From Candidatus Limnocylindrales bacterium (lineage in GTDB: Bacteria > Chloroflexota > Limnocylindria > Limnocylindrales > CSP1-4): a stretch of 38,937 nt of DNA. The notes beneath the pieces are model-generated. The model had not been told where the DNA came from. It saw only the letters and a program-made list of their open reading frames with translations, and ran no database searches. The position numbers and the translations under genes were made by a program. Where the stretch lies: contig JBKKBB010000071.1 of the NCBI GenBank assembly GCA_046714395.1, forward strand, positions 1-38,937, written 5' to 3'. This document shows positions 25,074 to 35,335 of this stretch, piece after piece. How positions within the stretch are numbered: position 1 is the first letter of the stretch; each line of letters starts with the position of its first letter.

Positions 25074-26738
25074 CTAGACCTTTGCCAGCTCCGCGCCGAG
25101 ACGCCGGAGCCCCAGCGGCCCAAGCGCGAGCGACTCTGCGTGCCAGGCCTTGCGATCGAAGGCTCGACCCGTGGCGGCAGCGGCCGACCGGGCCGCCTCA
25201 CGACCCGCGAGCCACGTTCGCTCCCCGAGCTTGTAGGCGGTCGCCTGGGATGGCCACGACAGGTAGCGCAGCACTTCGCTCTCGGCTTTGTCGCGGTCCA
25301 TGCCGCCGGCACGAACGATGAAATCAATGGCGCGCTCGTATGTCCAGGTTTCCCCTGCGCCCGGCCAGCCCATGGGGATCGTTCGACCCGTATGCAGTCC
25401 GATGTCCACGACCACGCGCGCGGCCCGGAAGGCATGGGCGCACAGGAACCCGAGGCGTGTTTCCGGGGTGCGGAACCAGCCGAGCTCGTCCATCAAGCGT
25501 TCGGAATAGAGGGCCCAGCCCTCACCGTGGGCGGACATGAACCCGAGCTTGTGCGCCCTCGTCAGTGGTACGAGGCGGATCGTCGCGCCTTGCAGGTGAT
25601 GCCCGGGGACAGCCTCGTGGTAGATGGTGCTGACCTCGTCCCAGGTCGGGAATCGCTTGCGGCCGACGGTCGGAAACCAGGTCCTTCCGGGCCGGGACAG
25701 GTCTTCAGATGGCGGTGTGTAGTAGGCCGCCGCGGCGCTGCCCTCCGGAGGAATCCATACCTCGCAGCGGCTGATGGAGGCCGGGATGTCGAATTCGCGC
25801 CCGCTGAGACCGTCGATCGCTTCGTCGGTGACGTATTGCAGCCAGGAGCGGTAGGCGTCGACGCCATGAATCGATCGATTGGGATCGTTGATCAGCAGCT
25901 CGCGGACCGCCTCGAACCCGGCGCCGGGCAGGATTCGCTCGCACTCCGCGTCCTTCTGGGCTTCCAGCCGAGCAAGTTCCTCCCAGCCCCAGGCGTAGGC
26001 TTCATCGACGTCGAGGTCGGTGCCGAGCAGGTACTCCGCCCAGACGCGATAGCGCTCGTCGCCTGAGGCGTCGGATTCGGTGGCGCGAGCTGCATACGTG
26101 TCGCGTAGCCACGACGCGAGGCCGCTGTAGGCGGCGGCGGCCTGGCTGGCCGCTGCCTGCAAACGGACGCGCAGGCCGTCGTCGACGCCCTCGGCCCCGG
26201 CAGCCAATGTTCCGAACCAGCCGCCGTCCGTGCCGTTGCCGGCCCAGGTCGCACATTGATCCGCGACCACGAGTGCCTGCCGACGCGCGGCCGGACGTCC
26301 ATGGGCCAGGCCGGCCTCGAGCGACGCTCGGTACCCGGCCATCGATCCAGGCACGGCTGCGAGTCGCGCCGCGATCAACTCCCAGGCCTCGGGCGTTGAC
26401 TTGTCCATGAGATCGAACACGGAGCGCGTGCTCGCGGGCGCGCCGACGATGTTGCTGATCATTCGTTCGCGCTCGCCGGCTTCGAGAACCCCGAGTTCCC
26501 CGCTCATCCAATCGCCCAGGAACCCCTGCCCGAGGCGCTCGGGCTCGTCGACCGGCGTGCTGGCCTCCAGATCGCGAATCGTTCTCCGCAACAGGTCTCC
26601 CAGTGCCGAGTTGCCGTCGGGCGAGTAGTCGGTCAGGCGCGTTCCATCGGTGGCGACGCCCCAGCGCTCTCCGCGCACGGGATCGAGGGCCGCGACCTCG
26701 TCGATGTACCGGCTCGAGATCTCGCTGACGGTCGCCAT
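25074..26738 (-). CDS. DUF885-family protein (putative metallopeptidase-like)
   Basis: GGAGGA lies just upstream of ATG 26738. Motifs present: YHEAVPGHHLQ, GEGWALYSERL, and RYLSWPSQATAYKLG near the C-terminus. Confidence 0.8.
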   Translation of the reverse strand: MATVSEISSRYIDEVAALDPVRGERWGVATDGTRLTDYSPDGNSALGDLLRRTIRDLEASTPVDEPERLGQGFLGDWMSGELGVLEAGERERMISNIVGAPASTRSVFDLMDKSTPEAWELIAARLAAVPGSMAGYRASLEAGLAHGRPAARRQALVVADQCATWAGNGTDGGWFGTLAAGAEGVDDGLRVRLQAAASQAAAAYSGLASWLRDTYAARATESDASGDERYRVWAEYLLGTDLDVDEAYAWGWEELARLEAQKDAECERILPGAGFEAVRELLINDPNRSIHGVDAYRSWLQYVTDEAIDGLSGREFDIPASISRCEVWIPPEGSAAAAYYTPPSEDLSRPGRTWFPTVGRKRFPTWDEVSTIYHEAVPGHHLQGATIRLVPLTRAHKLGFMSAHGEGWALYSERLMDELGWFRTPETRLGFLCAHAFRAARVVVDIGLHTGRTIPMGWPGAGETWTYERAIDFIVRAGGMDRDKAESEVLRYLSWPSQATAYKLGERTWLAGREAARSAAAATGRAFDRKAWHAESLALGPLGLRRLGAELAKV

Positions 26739-26830
26739 GGGTCCTCCGCGCACTGGCACGAGCCTCCAGCGACTCGCGCATTCGTTCGGGGCGAAGCCTA
26801 CGTCACAACGGCAGCGCGCCGTGGCAGTCG

Positions 26831-26890
26831 GTCGCCGCGCGACCCGTCGCCGCGTGACCGGTCCCCACGCGACCCGTCGCCGCGCGACCG
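26831..26890. repeat. Four tandem 15-bp units (GTCGCCGCGYGACCS), each containing the palindrome GTCGC-N3-GCGAC
   Basis: Units are at 26831, 26846, 26861 and 26876. Units 1 and 4 are perfect palindromes; units 2 and 3 carry 1-2 changes. The array lies in the divergent DUF885 / DMGDH-like intergenic region. Confidence 0.85.
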
Positions 26891-26975
26891 GTGCCGGGGT
26901 CATATCAGCGTCTTGATGGGTTACGAACGGACGGAAATCGGTACTCTCAACAAGTGCATGACGGAGGCAGGCTCG

Positions 26976-29435
26976 ATGGAGCGTAAGGCCCGGGCGCTCC
27001 CGGACCAGGCACAGGTCGTCGTCATCGGCGGCGGGATCGTGGGTTGCAGCGTCGCCTATCACCTTACGAAGCGCGGCTGGCGCGACGTCGTCCTGCTGGA
27101 GCGCAAGCAGCTCACCTCGGGCACGACGTGGCACGCGGCCGGCCTCGTCACCCAGCTCCGTGCCACCTACAACATGAGCATGCTGGCCAAGTACAGTTCG
27201 GAGCTGTTTCCCGAGCTCGAGCGGGTGACGGGTCAGGGCACGGGTTTCCGCAGGACCGGGTCCATCCTGCTCGCCACCACCCGGGAGCGCTGGACCGAGG
27301 TCCAGCGCCAGATCTCGATGGCCCGGATCTGTGGCTTCGAGGTGCACCCCATCAACGGCCGGGAGGCGGGCGCGATGTGGCCGCTGCTCGACCCGTCGGA
27401 GGTCGTCGGAGCGGCATTCCTGCCCGGCGACGGAGTGGCCAATCCCACCGACGTGACCCAGGCGCTGGCCGCGGCAGCCAGGCTGGGCGGGGCGCAGATC
27501 ATGGAGCACACCGCCGCGACGGGAGTCCTGCGACGCGATGGCCGAGTCACGGGCGTATCGACCGAGCGGGGCGACATTGCCGCCGAGGTCGTCGTCAACT
27601 GCACCGGCATGTGGGCCCGCGAACTCGGCCTCAGGTCCGCGGTAACGATCCCGCTCCACGCAGCCGAGCACTTCTACCTGGTGACGGAGCCCGTCGCTGG
27701 TCTGGCGCACGACCTGCCGGTGCTGCGTTCTCCCGATGACACCGCCTATTTCCGCGAGGACGCCGGCAAACTGATGGTCGGCTTCTTCGAGCCCGGCGCC
27801 AAGCCGTGGGCGACCCACGGGATCCCGGAGGACGCATCCTTCGTGCGGCTGCCGGAGGACTGGGACCACATTGCTCCGTACATGGAGAAGGCTGCCCGGC
27901 GCGTCCCGCTCCTCCGCAACGTCGGCATTCAACTCTTCTTCAACGGCCCGGAGAGCTTCACGCCGGATGATCGGTACATCCTCGGCGAGGCACCCGGCCT
28001 GGATGGGTACTTCGTTGCGGCCGGCTTCAACTCGGTCGGTTTCCAGTCCGGCGGCGGTGCCGGACGCGTTGTTGCGGACTGGATCGTCGAGGGCCATCCA
28101 CCGATGGACCTCTGGGAGGTCGACATCCGGCGTTTCATGCCGTTCCAGGGGAACCGGCGCTACCTGCACGATCGGACGACCGAAACACTCGGGCTCCTCT
28201 ATGACATGCACTGGCCGTTCCGCCAGGTCGAGACCGCGCGGGGCGTTCGGCGGACGCCGTTCCACGATCGCGTCGCTTCGCGCGGGGCGTGCTTCGGCGA
28301 GCTCGCCGGGTGGGAGCGGGCGAACTGGTATGCGCCCCCGGGCGTGGAGCCGCGCTACGAGTACAGCTACGGCCGGCAGAACTGGTTCCCGCACTCGGCC
28401 GAGGAGCACCGGGCCGTGCGCGAGGGCGTCGGCATCTTCGATCAGACCTCGTTCGGCAAGATCCTGGTCCAGGGCCGCGACGCGGAGGCCGCGCTCAACC
28501 ACCTGTGCACCGCGAACGTCGCCGTCGAGCCCGGCCGGATCGTGTACACGCAGTGGCTGAACGAGCGGGGAGGGATCGAATCGGACGTCACGGTCACGCG
28601 TCTCGACGGGCACTCGTTCCTCGTGGTCACCTCGGGGACATCCATTGTTCGCGATCTCGACTGGCTTCGCCGTCGGGTCCCAGCCGATTCCCACGTGACC
28701 ACCGTCGACGTGACGAACGCCTTCGCGGTGCTCAGCATCATGGGCCCGCGTTCGCGCGAGTTCCTCGCCACGCTCACCGACGCCGACCTCTCGAACGCGG
28801 CCTTTCTATTCGCGACGTCGCGCGAAATCGACCTCGGCTACGCCCTTGTCCGGGCGTCGCGCATCACCTACGTCGGCGAGCTCGGCTGGGAGCTGTACAT
28901 CCCGACCGATGTCGCGACCCACGTGTACGACACGATCGTCGCGGCGGGCGACGGATTCGGACTCCGCCATGCCGGCTACCACGCCCTCAACTCGCTCCGG
29001 ATCGAGAAGGCGTACCGGCACTGGGGCCATGACATGACCGACGAGGACAGCCTGCTCGAGGCCGGACTCGGGTTCACCGCGGCGTGGGACAAGCCCGGAG
29101 GATTCCTCGGGCGTGAGGCCCTGCTGCGTCAGCGTGAGGCGGGGCTGACGCGGCGTCTCGCGGCATTCACGCTGGACGATCCGGATCCGCTGCTCTTTCA
29201 TAACGAACCGATCTGGCGGGACGATGCGCTCGTGGGCCGGATCAGCTCGGCGATGTTCGGGCACACCGTCGGACGATCGGTCGGGCTCGGCTACATCCGG
29301 CGGGACGATGGGCCGGTCACGGCCGAATGGCTCGCGGCGGGTCGCTACGAAATCGAAATCGCCAACGAGCGATTCGCGGCCGGTGCGTCGTTCCGGGCCC
29401 CGTACGACCCGTCAGGCGAGCGCGTCCGCGCCTGA
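26976..29435 (+). CDS. FAD-dependent oxidoreductase fused to GcvT-type aminomethyltransferase domain (dimethylglycine/sarcosine dehydrogenase family)
   Basis: GGAGG (26963-67) lies 8 nt before ATG 26976. The FAD fold is VVVIGGGIVGCSVAYHL with SGTTWHAAGL. The C-terminal folate-binding GcvT-like region is (FGKILVQGRDA..., YVGELGWELY). Confidence 0.88.
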   Translation: MERKARALPDQAQVVVIGGGIVGCSVAYHLTKRGWRDVVLLERKQLTSGTTWHAAGLVTQLRATYNMSMLAKYSSELFPELERVTGQGTGFRRTGSILLATTRERWTEVQRQISMARICGFEVHPINGREAGAMWPLLDPSEVVGAAFLPGDGVANPTDVTQALAAAARLGGAQIMEHTAATGVLRRDGRVTGVSTERGDIAAEVVVNCTGMWARELGLRSAVTIPLHAAEHFYLVTEPVAGLAHDLPVLRSPDDTAYFREDAGKLMVGFFEPGAKPWATHGIPEDASFVRLPEDWDHIAPYMEKAARRVPLLRNVGIQLFFNGPESFTPDDRYILGEAPGLDGYFVAAGFNSVGFQSGGGAGRVVADWIVEGHPPMDLWEVDIRRFMPFQGNRRYLHDRTTETLGLLYDMHWPFRQVETARGVRRTPFHDRVASRGACFGELAGWERANWYAPPGVEPRYEYSYGRQNWFPHSAEEHRAVREGVGIFDQTSFGKILVQGRDAEAALNHLCTANVAVEPGRIVYTQWLNERGGIESDVTVTRLDGHSFLVVTSGTSIVRDLDWLRRRVPADSHVTTVDVTNAFAVLSIMGPRSREFLATLTDADLSNAAFLFATSREIDLGYALVRASRITYVGELGWELYIPTDVATHVYDTIVAAGDGFGLRHAGYHALNSLRIEKAYRHWGHDMTDEDSLLEAGLGFTAAWDKPGGFLGREALLRQREAGLTRRLAAFTLDDPDPLLFHNEPIWRDDALVGRISSAMFGHTVGRSVGLGYIRRDDGPVTAEWLAAGRYEIEIANERFAAGASFRAPYDPSGERVRA

Positions 29436-29437
29436 TC

Positions 29438-30598
29438 TCAGTCGCCCGGGTCGGGCACCAGGACTCCGTCGGCGATCGCCCAGCCGAGCCTCACGCGATC
29501 TCCTGGCTGCCACAGCGGGTCGCCGCCTCCCAACTGCTGGCGCACGGTGGCAGCCTGCCCGTCCCGCAGTGTCAACTCGTATTTGCGAATCGATCCGAGA
29601 TAGAGAACGTCCCGGACGGTCGCCTCGATCGCGTTCGTTCCGCTATCCAGCGCTGTGCCGTCCGCGGCGCCGTCGATCTGTAAACGCTCCGGCCTGATCA
29701 CGAGCGCGGCTGCGCCGTCCGCGGCGAGCCTCGCCCTGCTGGTAGCCCCGACCGCAACCTGCCAGCGCTCGTCGCCCCGCACCAACCAGCCGTGGTCGCC
29801 GGAGCGCTCGAACCGTCCGCGCAGAATGTTTGATTCACCGATGAAGTCGGCCACGAAGAGTGACACGGGTCGTTCGTAGAGGTCCTCGCCGCTGCCGAGC
29901 TGCTCGATTCGGCCCTGCCGGAAGATGGCGATCCGGTCGCTCATGACGAGCGCCTCTTCCTGGTCGTGGGTCACATACACAACGGTCGCGCCGAGCTGGC
30001 GACTGATGTGCATGACCTCGAGTTGGAGTGCCTCGCGGAGCTTCTTGTCGAGAGCCCCGAGGGGCTCGTCCATCAGCAGGAGGCGCGGCCTGAAGACGAC
30101 CGCCCGGGCAAAGGCGATCCGCTGCTGCTGCCCGCCCGATAGTTCGCGGGGGTACCGACTGCCCAGGCCCTCGAGCTTTACGAGGCTCAGGGCCTCGGCC
30201 ACCCGACGCTTGATCTCGGGGCGTCGCTCCCGGCGCATCTCGAGGGGAAAGGCGACGTTCTGGGCAGCCGTCATGTGCGGGAAAAGAGCGTAGTTCTGGA
30301 AGATCATGCCGACGTCGCGCCGATACGGCGGAACATGGCTCATGTCGACACCGTCGATCTCGATCGTGCCGCCCGACTGACCGGTGAATCCGGCGATCAT
30401 CCGGAGGGTCGTGGTCTTGCCGGAACCCGATGGTCCGAGGAGCGTAATGAACTCGCCCGGGCGGACCGCAAGGTCCACCCCGTCGACGGCCATCACGTCT
30501 CCGAAGGCCTTCGTCAGACCACGCAGGACCAGCGCCGGCCGCTCAGGGGTTTCCGTCGCTGGGCCGGCAGCCATCGCCGAATCGGGCATAGCGCTCAT
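29438..30598 (-). CDS. ABC transporter ATP-binding protein (PotA/spermidine-putrescine type)
   Basis: Motifs present: GPSGSGKTT, LSGGQQQR, LLLMDEPLGALD, and a C-terminal TOBE-like domain. ATG 30598 overlaps the permease stop (ATGA). Confidence 0.9.
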   Translation of the reverse strand: MSAMPDSAMAAGPATETPERPALVLRGLTKAFGDVMAVDGVDLAVRPGEFITLLGPSGSGKTTTLRMIAGFTGQSGGTIEIDGVDMSHVPPYRRDVGMIFQNYALFPHMTAAQNVAFPLEMRRERRPEIKRRVAEALSLVKLEGLGSRYPRELSGGQQQRIAFARAVVFRPRLLLMDEPLGALDKKLREALQLEVMHISRQLGATVVYVTHDQEEALVMSDRIAIFRQGRIEQLGSGEDLYERPVSLFVADFIGESNILRGRFERSGDHGWLVRGDERWQVAVGATSRARLAADGAAALVIRPERLQIDGAADGTALDSGTNAIEATVRDVLYLGSIRKYELTLRDGQAATVRQQLGGGDPLWQPGDRVRLGWAIADGVLVPDPGD

Positions 30599-31392
30599 CG
30601 TGCTGGTGCCTGGCGACGGACGACCAGGGCGAGGAGCAGGATCGTGGTGGTTACCGCGAGAAGGGTTGTGGACACGGCCGCCACGGTCGGATCCACCACC
30701 TGCCGAACCTGCTCCCACATTTCGACCGGCAGAGTCCGGAACCGGGCGGTTGTCAGGAAGATCGAGACCACCACCTCGTCCCAGGACGTGATGAAGGCGA
30801 AGAGTGCACCGGCCAAGACGCCCGGCAGGATCAACGGCAAGGTGATGCGCATGAACGTCCTGACGGGTCCCGCCCCGAGGCTCATCGCGGCATGTTCAAG
30901 GTTGCGATCAATCGTCCGCAGGCTCGTCGCGACGTTGATCACGACGAACGGCGTAGCCAGCGCCGTATGGGCGATGACGAGGCCGACGATCGAGCCGGTG
31001 ATCTTCCAGCTCACGAACAGCGAGAACATGCCGATCGCGATGATGATCACCGGGACGATGAGGGGCGAGAGGATCAGCGCGTTGACCGCGCCCCTGCCCG
31101 GAAAGCGCCCCCGAACGGTCCCTAGCGCGGCGAGCGTGCCGAGCACGGTGGCCAGGGCCGCGGTCAGCGCGGCCACCCTGGCGCTGTTGATGAATCCATT
31201 CGACCACTGCGGGTCGGTGAGCATCTTTTCGTACCAGCGGGTCGAGAATCCTTCGGGCGGAAACGTCAGGGCGTTGGACGCCGTGATGCTCATCGGCACG
31301 ACCACCAGCGTCGGGGCCATCAGGAAGAAGACCGTGATGGCACCCAGGGCCACGAGGAGCAGGCGGCGCGGCTGGCGCCACGAGTCGGTCAC
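30595..31392 (-). CDS. ABC transporter permease (PotC-like)
   Basis: Six-TM profile. The EAA-like loop is LEHAAMSLGAGPVRTFMRITLPL. Confidence 0.85.
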   Translation of the reverse strand: MTDSWRQPRRLLLVALGAITVFFLMAPTLVVVPMSITASNALTFPPEGFSTRWYEKMLTDPQWSNGFINSARVAALTAALATVLGTLAALGTVRGRFPGRGAVNALILSPLIVPVIIIAIGMFSLFVSWKITGSIVGLVIAHTALATPFVVINVATSLRTIDRNLEHAAMSLGAGPVRTFMRITLPLILPGVLAGALFAFITSWDEVVVSIFLTTARFRTLPVEMWEQVRQVVDPTVAAVSTTLLAVTTTILLLALVVRRQAPAR

Positions 31393-31395
31393 GAT

Positions 31396-32298
31396 TCAGG
31401 ATTCCTCGAGGCTGCCGTAGATGTCGCGCAGGCGGACGAACCGTGACGCGATGAACAGCACGGCGAGGGTCAGGCCCAGGAGGATGACCGCCATCGTGCT
31501 CGCGATGCCCCAGTCAAGCCGTTGCTGGACGGCGCTCGCGATGAACTGGCTGATCATCGTGTCCTTTGGCGAGCCGAGCAGGGCCGGTGTGATGTAGAAC
31601 CCCAGGGCGAGGACGAACACGAGCAGGGCGCCCGCGAGGACGCCGGGCATTGACAGCGGCAGGAACACGCGCCGGAAGGACGCGAAGGGCGGCGCGCCGA
31701 GATTGGCCGCGGCCTTGGTGTACTCCGGATCGATCCGCCGCATCACGGCGTAGATCGGGAGGACCATGAACGGCAGCAGGATCTGACTCATCCCAAGCAT
31801 GACGCCGAGCGTGGTCCTGATCAGCGGGAGCGGCTCCTCCACGACCCCAGCGTCGAGGAGGAACGTGTTGATGATCCCCGTGTCACGCAGGATCACCTGC
31901 CAGGCGTAGGTTCGGACGAGCAGGCTGGACCAGAACGGCAGGAGCACCACGATGAGCAGCAGCCCGGCCAGGCGAGGCCGGACGATGTTCATCAGGTAGG
32001 CATAGGGATAGCCCAGCGCCAGGCACACGATCGTGGACATGACTGCAACCCAGAACGTATTGCCCAGCACCCTGACGTTTGCCGCCGAGGCAAAGAAGCG
32101 GCCGTAGTTCGCGAGGACGTCGCCGGTCGGTTTGGGAAAGTCGGTGACGCTGCGCAGGCTTACGACGATCAGCGGAACCAGGAAGAAGGCGACGAGGAAG
32201 GCGATCGGGGGGACGGCCAGCAGCGTCCTGCGTTTGACGATCGGGCGGTTGCGAGGGGTACGGCCCGACCTCATGGCAGTCAGACGGAGCAAGTGCAC
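31396..32298 (-). CDS. ABC transporter permease (PotB-like)
   Basis: Multi-TM profile. The EAA-like loop is YTKAAANLGAPPFASFRRVFLPL. The start is uncertain (GTG 32298 or ATG 32274). Confidence 0.82.
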   Translation of the reverse strand: MHLLRLTAMRSGRTPRNRPIVKRRTLLAVPPIAFLVAFFLVPLIVVSLRSVTDFPKPTGDVLANYGRFFASAANVRVLGNTFWVAVMSTIVCLALGYPYAYLMNIVRPRLAGLLLIVVLLPFWSSLLVRTYAWQVILRDTGIINTFLLDAGVVEEPLPLIRTTLGVMLGMSQILLPFMVLPIYAVMRRIDPEYTKAAANLGAPPFASFRRVFLPLSMPGVLAGALLVFVLALGFYITPALLGSPKDTMISQFIASAVQQRLDWGIASTMAVILLGLTLAVLFIASRFVRLRDIYGSLEES

Positions 32299-32333
32299 CG
32301 GTCCCGAGCGTCAGGCGACGGCTTGGGTTCGGG

Positions 32334-33464
32334 TCACCTGGTCTTCCACTCCTGGTAGGTATCCTCGAGCAACTGGGCGTTGTCCACGACCCAGGCGTCA
32401 TCGAAGTAGGCGGTCGTCTCGTTGATGTTCGAGACGCTGAGGTCGGCGACCGTGGACGGGTCTGCCGTGGCGAGTATGTTGGTTGGCCCATACGGGATGT
32501 ATTTGGACGGGGCTGCGTTGTTCTCCTTGCAGGTGGCCCAGGCGATGAAATCCATCGCCAGATCCTTGTTCGGGGTGCCCTTCGGCACGACGAAGTAATC
32601 GGCCGTCACGATCTGGTCATTCCACTGGATCTCGACCGGCTTGTTGTCAACGTGCTTCGCGCTGTAGCCACGGCCGTTCCAGATCAGGGTCATGACGACT
32701 TCGCCCTTGCCGATGAGGTCCTGCGATTCGGCGCCGGAGCCCCAGAAGACGATGTCCGACTTGATCGTGTCGAGCTTGGCGACGGCCCGTGGGAGGTCAA
32801 GCGGGTAGAGATCCGCCGGGGCAACTCCGTCGGCCAGCAAGGCGACTTCAAAGATGCCGCCCGCTGAGTAGTCCCACATGCCGCGCTTGCCGGGAAACTT
32901 GCCGGTGTCGAAGTAGTCGGCCCAGCCCTGGGGTACCTGGCCACCCAGCTTCTCGGTGTTGTAGGCGAGGGCCACACCGTAGGTGATGTCGGCCACGCGG
33001 TAGGTGCCGGCGAAGCCGGGAAGGATCTCGTCCTTGTTGATCTTGGTGTAGTCCAGCGGCTCGAGCAAGGCGGCGTTGGCGTCGAGACCGAAGTCGTTGC
33101 CGACGTCGACGATGTCCCAGGAGACCTGGCCGGATTCGACCTGGGCCTTGATGGTCGCGTTCGAGGAGTCCTCGCTCTCCAGGAACGTGACCCCCGTGAG
33201 CGCCGCGTACGGCTCCAGCCAGCCTTGGCGCTGAGCCTTCTGGTAGGCGCCGCCGTAGGAGACGAAGGTCAGCGTGGTTCCTGAGGGAACTTTCGCAGGG
33301 TCCGTGCAGAGATTGGCGACCGGCGCCGGCGCCGGCGCCTCGGTCGCGGGAGCCACGGACGCCGGCGGTTCGGAGGTCGGCGCCGAACTGGCCCCCCCGC
33401 CGCAGGCTGCAACCAGAAAGACGCCCGCGGCGACCACTGGAGAGAGGCGTCGCCAAGATGTCAT
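32334..33464 (-). CDS. ABC transporter substrate-binding lipoprotein (PotD/PotF-like, family 1)
   Basis: GGAGGA lies 7 nt before ATG 33464. The lipobox is VFLVAAC-GGG. The protein has a periplasmic-binding-protein character. Confidence 0.85.
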   Translation of the reverse strand: MTSWRRLSPVVAAGVFLVAACGGGASSAPTSEPPASVAPATEAPAPAPVANLCTDPAKVPSGTTLTFVSYGGAYQKAQRQGWLEPYAALTGVTFLESEDSSNATIKAQVESGQVSWDIVDVGNDFGLDANAALLEPLDYTKINKDEILPGFAGTYRVADITYGVALAYNTEKLGGQVPQGWADYFDTGKFPGKRGMWDYSAGGIFEVALLADGVAPADLYPLDLPRAVAKLDTIKSDIVFWGSGAESQDLIGKGEVVMTLIWNGRGYSAKHVDNKPVEIQWNDQIVTADYFVVPKGTPNKDLAMDFIAWATCKENNAAPSKYIPYGPTNILATADPSTVADLSVSNINETTAYFDDAWVVDNAQLLEDTYQEWKTR

Positions 33465-33602
33465 TGACCGATCCTCCTCGACGTCCGCGGACCTCGGCCG
33501 GACGGGTTGCTCCGCCACGCTCAAGCCGCCGGAACGGAGCCCATCATAGTGGGCCGGAGGTCCCGGTCATAGGCCGATTTTGATCGAAACAGCAGGGCGG
33601 TC

Positions 33603-35213
33603 TCAAGGATCCCTAGGCCGCCCACGAGCTCGGCCCCGAAGGTCGCGAAGGACCTCGCGAGCTGCGTTGTGACCCGGGACGCCGTAGACGCCGCCTCCGG
33701 GATGGGTGCCCGAGCCGCACAGGTAGAGGCCCCGGATCGGGGTCCGGTAGTCGCCATAGCCGGGGATCGGCCGCAGGAAGAACAGCTGATCGATCGACAG
33801 CTCGCCGTGAAAGATGTGCCCCTGCGGAAGGCCGTAGATCTCTTCGAGATCAGGCGGCATCAGGATCTGCCGTTCGATGATCGCCTCGCGGATGCCCGGC
33901 GCGAACTCCGCGATCGTATCGACCACGCGGTCCGCGAAAGCCTCCCGTTCGTCTTCCCAGGTCGCACCGGCCAGCGCGTAGGGGGCGTGCCCGCCGAAGA
34001 CGTTCAGGATGTGCCTGCCTTTGGGTGCCAGGGTCGGGTCGGCCAGGGTCGGGACCACGGGCGAGAGGAATGGCCGCGTAGAGGGCCGGCCGTACTTGGC
34101 GTCGTCGTAGGCCCGTTCGAGGTACTCGATCGTCGGCCCGATGTGCACGTAGGTCGGGTACGGGACGCCCATCGCCTCCCGGTCGAAGGCGGCGTACTCG
34201 GGCAGGTGGTCGAGCGCGAAGTTGATCTTGAATGAAGTGCTGAACGTCTTGTAGGAGTCGATCTCCGTGACGATCCTGTCATCGAGGTGCTCCGCCCCCA
34301 CCAGCCGCAAGTAGGTCGACCGCGGGTCGGCGTTCGAAAGGACGACCTGCGCTGAGTAGGTGTCGCCGTTGAGCACCTCCACGCCAACCGCGCGACCGTC
34401 GCGGACCGTGACCCGGGCGATCTCGGCGTCGGTCTGGATCGTGGCTCCGAGCGATCGGGCGCTTGCGGCCAGAGCCTGCGTCAGGCCGCCCATGCCACCC
34501 CGGACGAAGCCCCAGCCACCGGCTCCCTTGTGCTCGCCCATCAGGTGGTGGAGGAGGACATAGGCGCTGCCCGGCGTCATGGGTCCCTTGAAATTCCCGA
34601 TCGAGCCGTAGTACGCGAGGGTCGCCTTGAGCTGGTCGGATTCAAACCAATGCTCGAGGAATTCGACGATGGACCCCGTCATCAGGTCGAAGAACCGGAA
34701 CGCGCCACGGCCCATCCGGCGGAGCTTCCAGCCGAGCTCCAGCATGTCCTTGGCGCTGCGCAGACCGAGCGACGCCGGGGGTGTTTTCCAGATGAGTTCG
34801 CGGACGAAGGCCGCCGCCTCGTGTAGGAATCGGTTGTACTCGGGGTAGCGCTCGGCGTCCTTGCGGGAGAACTTCGCGATCTCGTCGCATGTTCTGCGCT
34901 CGTCATCCCAGAGGACCATGGAGCGGCCGTCCTCGAAGGGGACGAACAGGTTGTCGGTCGGGATCAGCTCGAAGCCGAACTCCCGGAGCCGGAGGTCATC
35001 GATGATCCGGCCCTGAAACATGCTGTTGACGTAGGACGTTGTGGACACGTGGAATCCGGGCCAGACCTCCTCGGTCACGCAGGCGCCGCCCACGATGCCA
35101 CGCCGCTCGAGAACGAGCGTGTTCACGCCCGCCCTGGCCAGGTATGCGGCGGCCACCAAACCGTTGTGGCCCGCTCCGATCACGATCGCATCGTACGAGC
35201 GCGCTTCAGTCAC
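33603..35213 (-). CDS. NAD(P)/FAD-dependent oxidoreductase, phytoene desaturase (CrtI)-like family
   Basis: The dinucleotide fold is YDAIVIGAGHNGLVAAAYLARAG, and the C-terminal motif is LYLCGSGTHPGGGV. The start is taken at GTG 35213. Confidence 0.82.
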   Translation of the reverse strand: MTEARSYDAIVIGAGHNGLVAAAYLARAGVNTLVLERRGIVGGACVTEEVWPGFHVSTTSYVNSMFQGRIIDDLRLREFGFELIPTDNLFVPFEDGRSMVLWDDERRTCDEIAKFSRKDAERYPEYNRFLHEAAAFVRELIWKTPPASLGLRSAKDMLELGWKLRRMGRGAFRFFDLMTGSIVEFLEHWFESDQLKATLAYYGSIGNFKGPMTPGSAYVLLHHLMGEHKGAGGWGFVRGGMGGLTQALAASARSLGATIQTDAEIARVTVRDGRAVGVEVLNGDTYSAQVVLSNADPRSTYLRLVGAEHLDDRIVTEIDSYKTFSTSFKINFALDHLPEYAAFDREAMGVPYPTYVHIGPTIEYLERAYDDAKYGRPSTRPFLSPVVPTLADPTLAPKGRHILNVFGGHAPYALAGATWEDEREAFADRVVDTIAEFAPGIREAIIERQILMPPDLEEIYGLPQGHIFHGELSIDQLFFLRPIPGYGDYRTPIRGLYLCGSGTHPGGGVYGVPGHNAAREVLRDLRGRARGRPRDP

Positions 35214-35335
35214 GCCAGCCACCGCCTTTGAATATCCGGGGAGCGCGGACCGCGAACCGAACTGTGGTCTGCCGCAACGAACCCTGTCAAGACGAGTGGA
35301 TGAGAAGGGAGCGGCCTCCTGAGTGTCTGCAAGGT

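Noticed and set aside
26831-26890. The possibility of a CRISPR array (also considered for the 45-bp repeat at 11757-11846)
   Set aside because: The units are directly abutting with no spacers. There are only 2-4 copies, one set is inside a coding region, and there are no cas genes.
25074-28694. A 1206-aa minus-strand ORF that looks like a giant protein
   Set aside because: Only the C-terminal 554 aa (25074..26738) are DUF885-like, with an SD and ATG at 26738. The upstream part is Arg/Pro/Gly-rich shadow sequence, antisense to the well-supported DMGDH-like gene on the plus strand.
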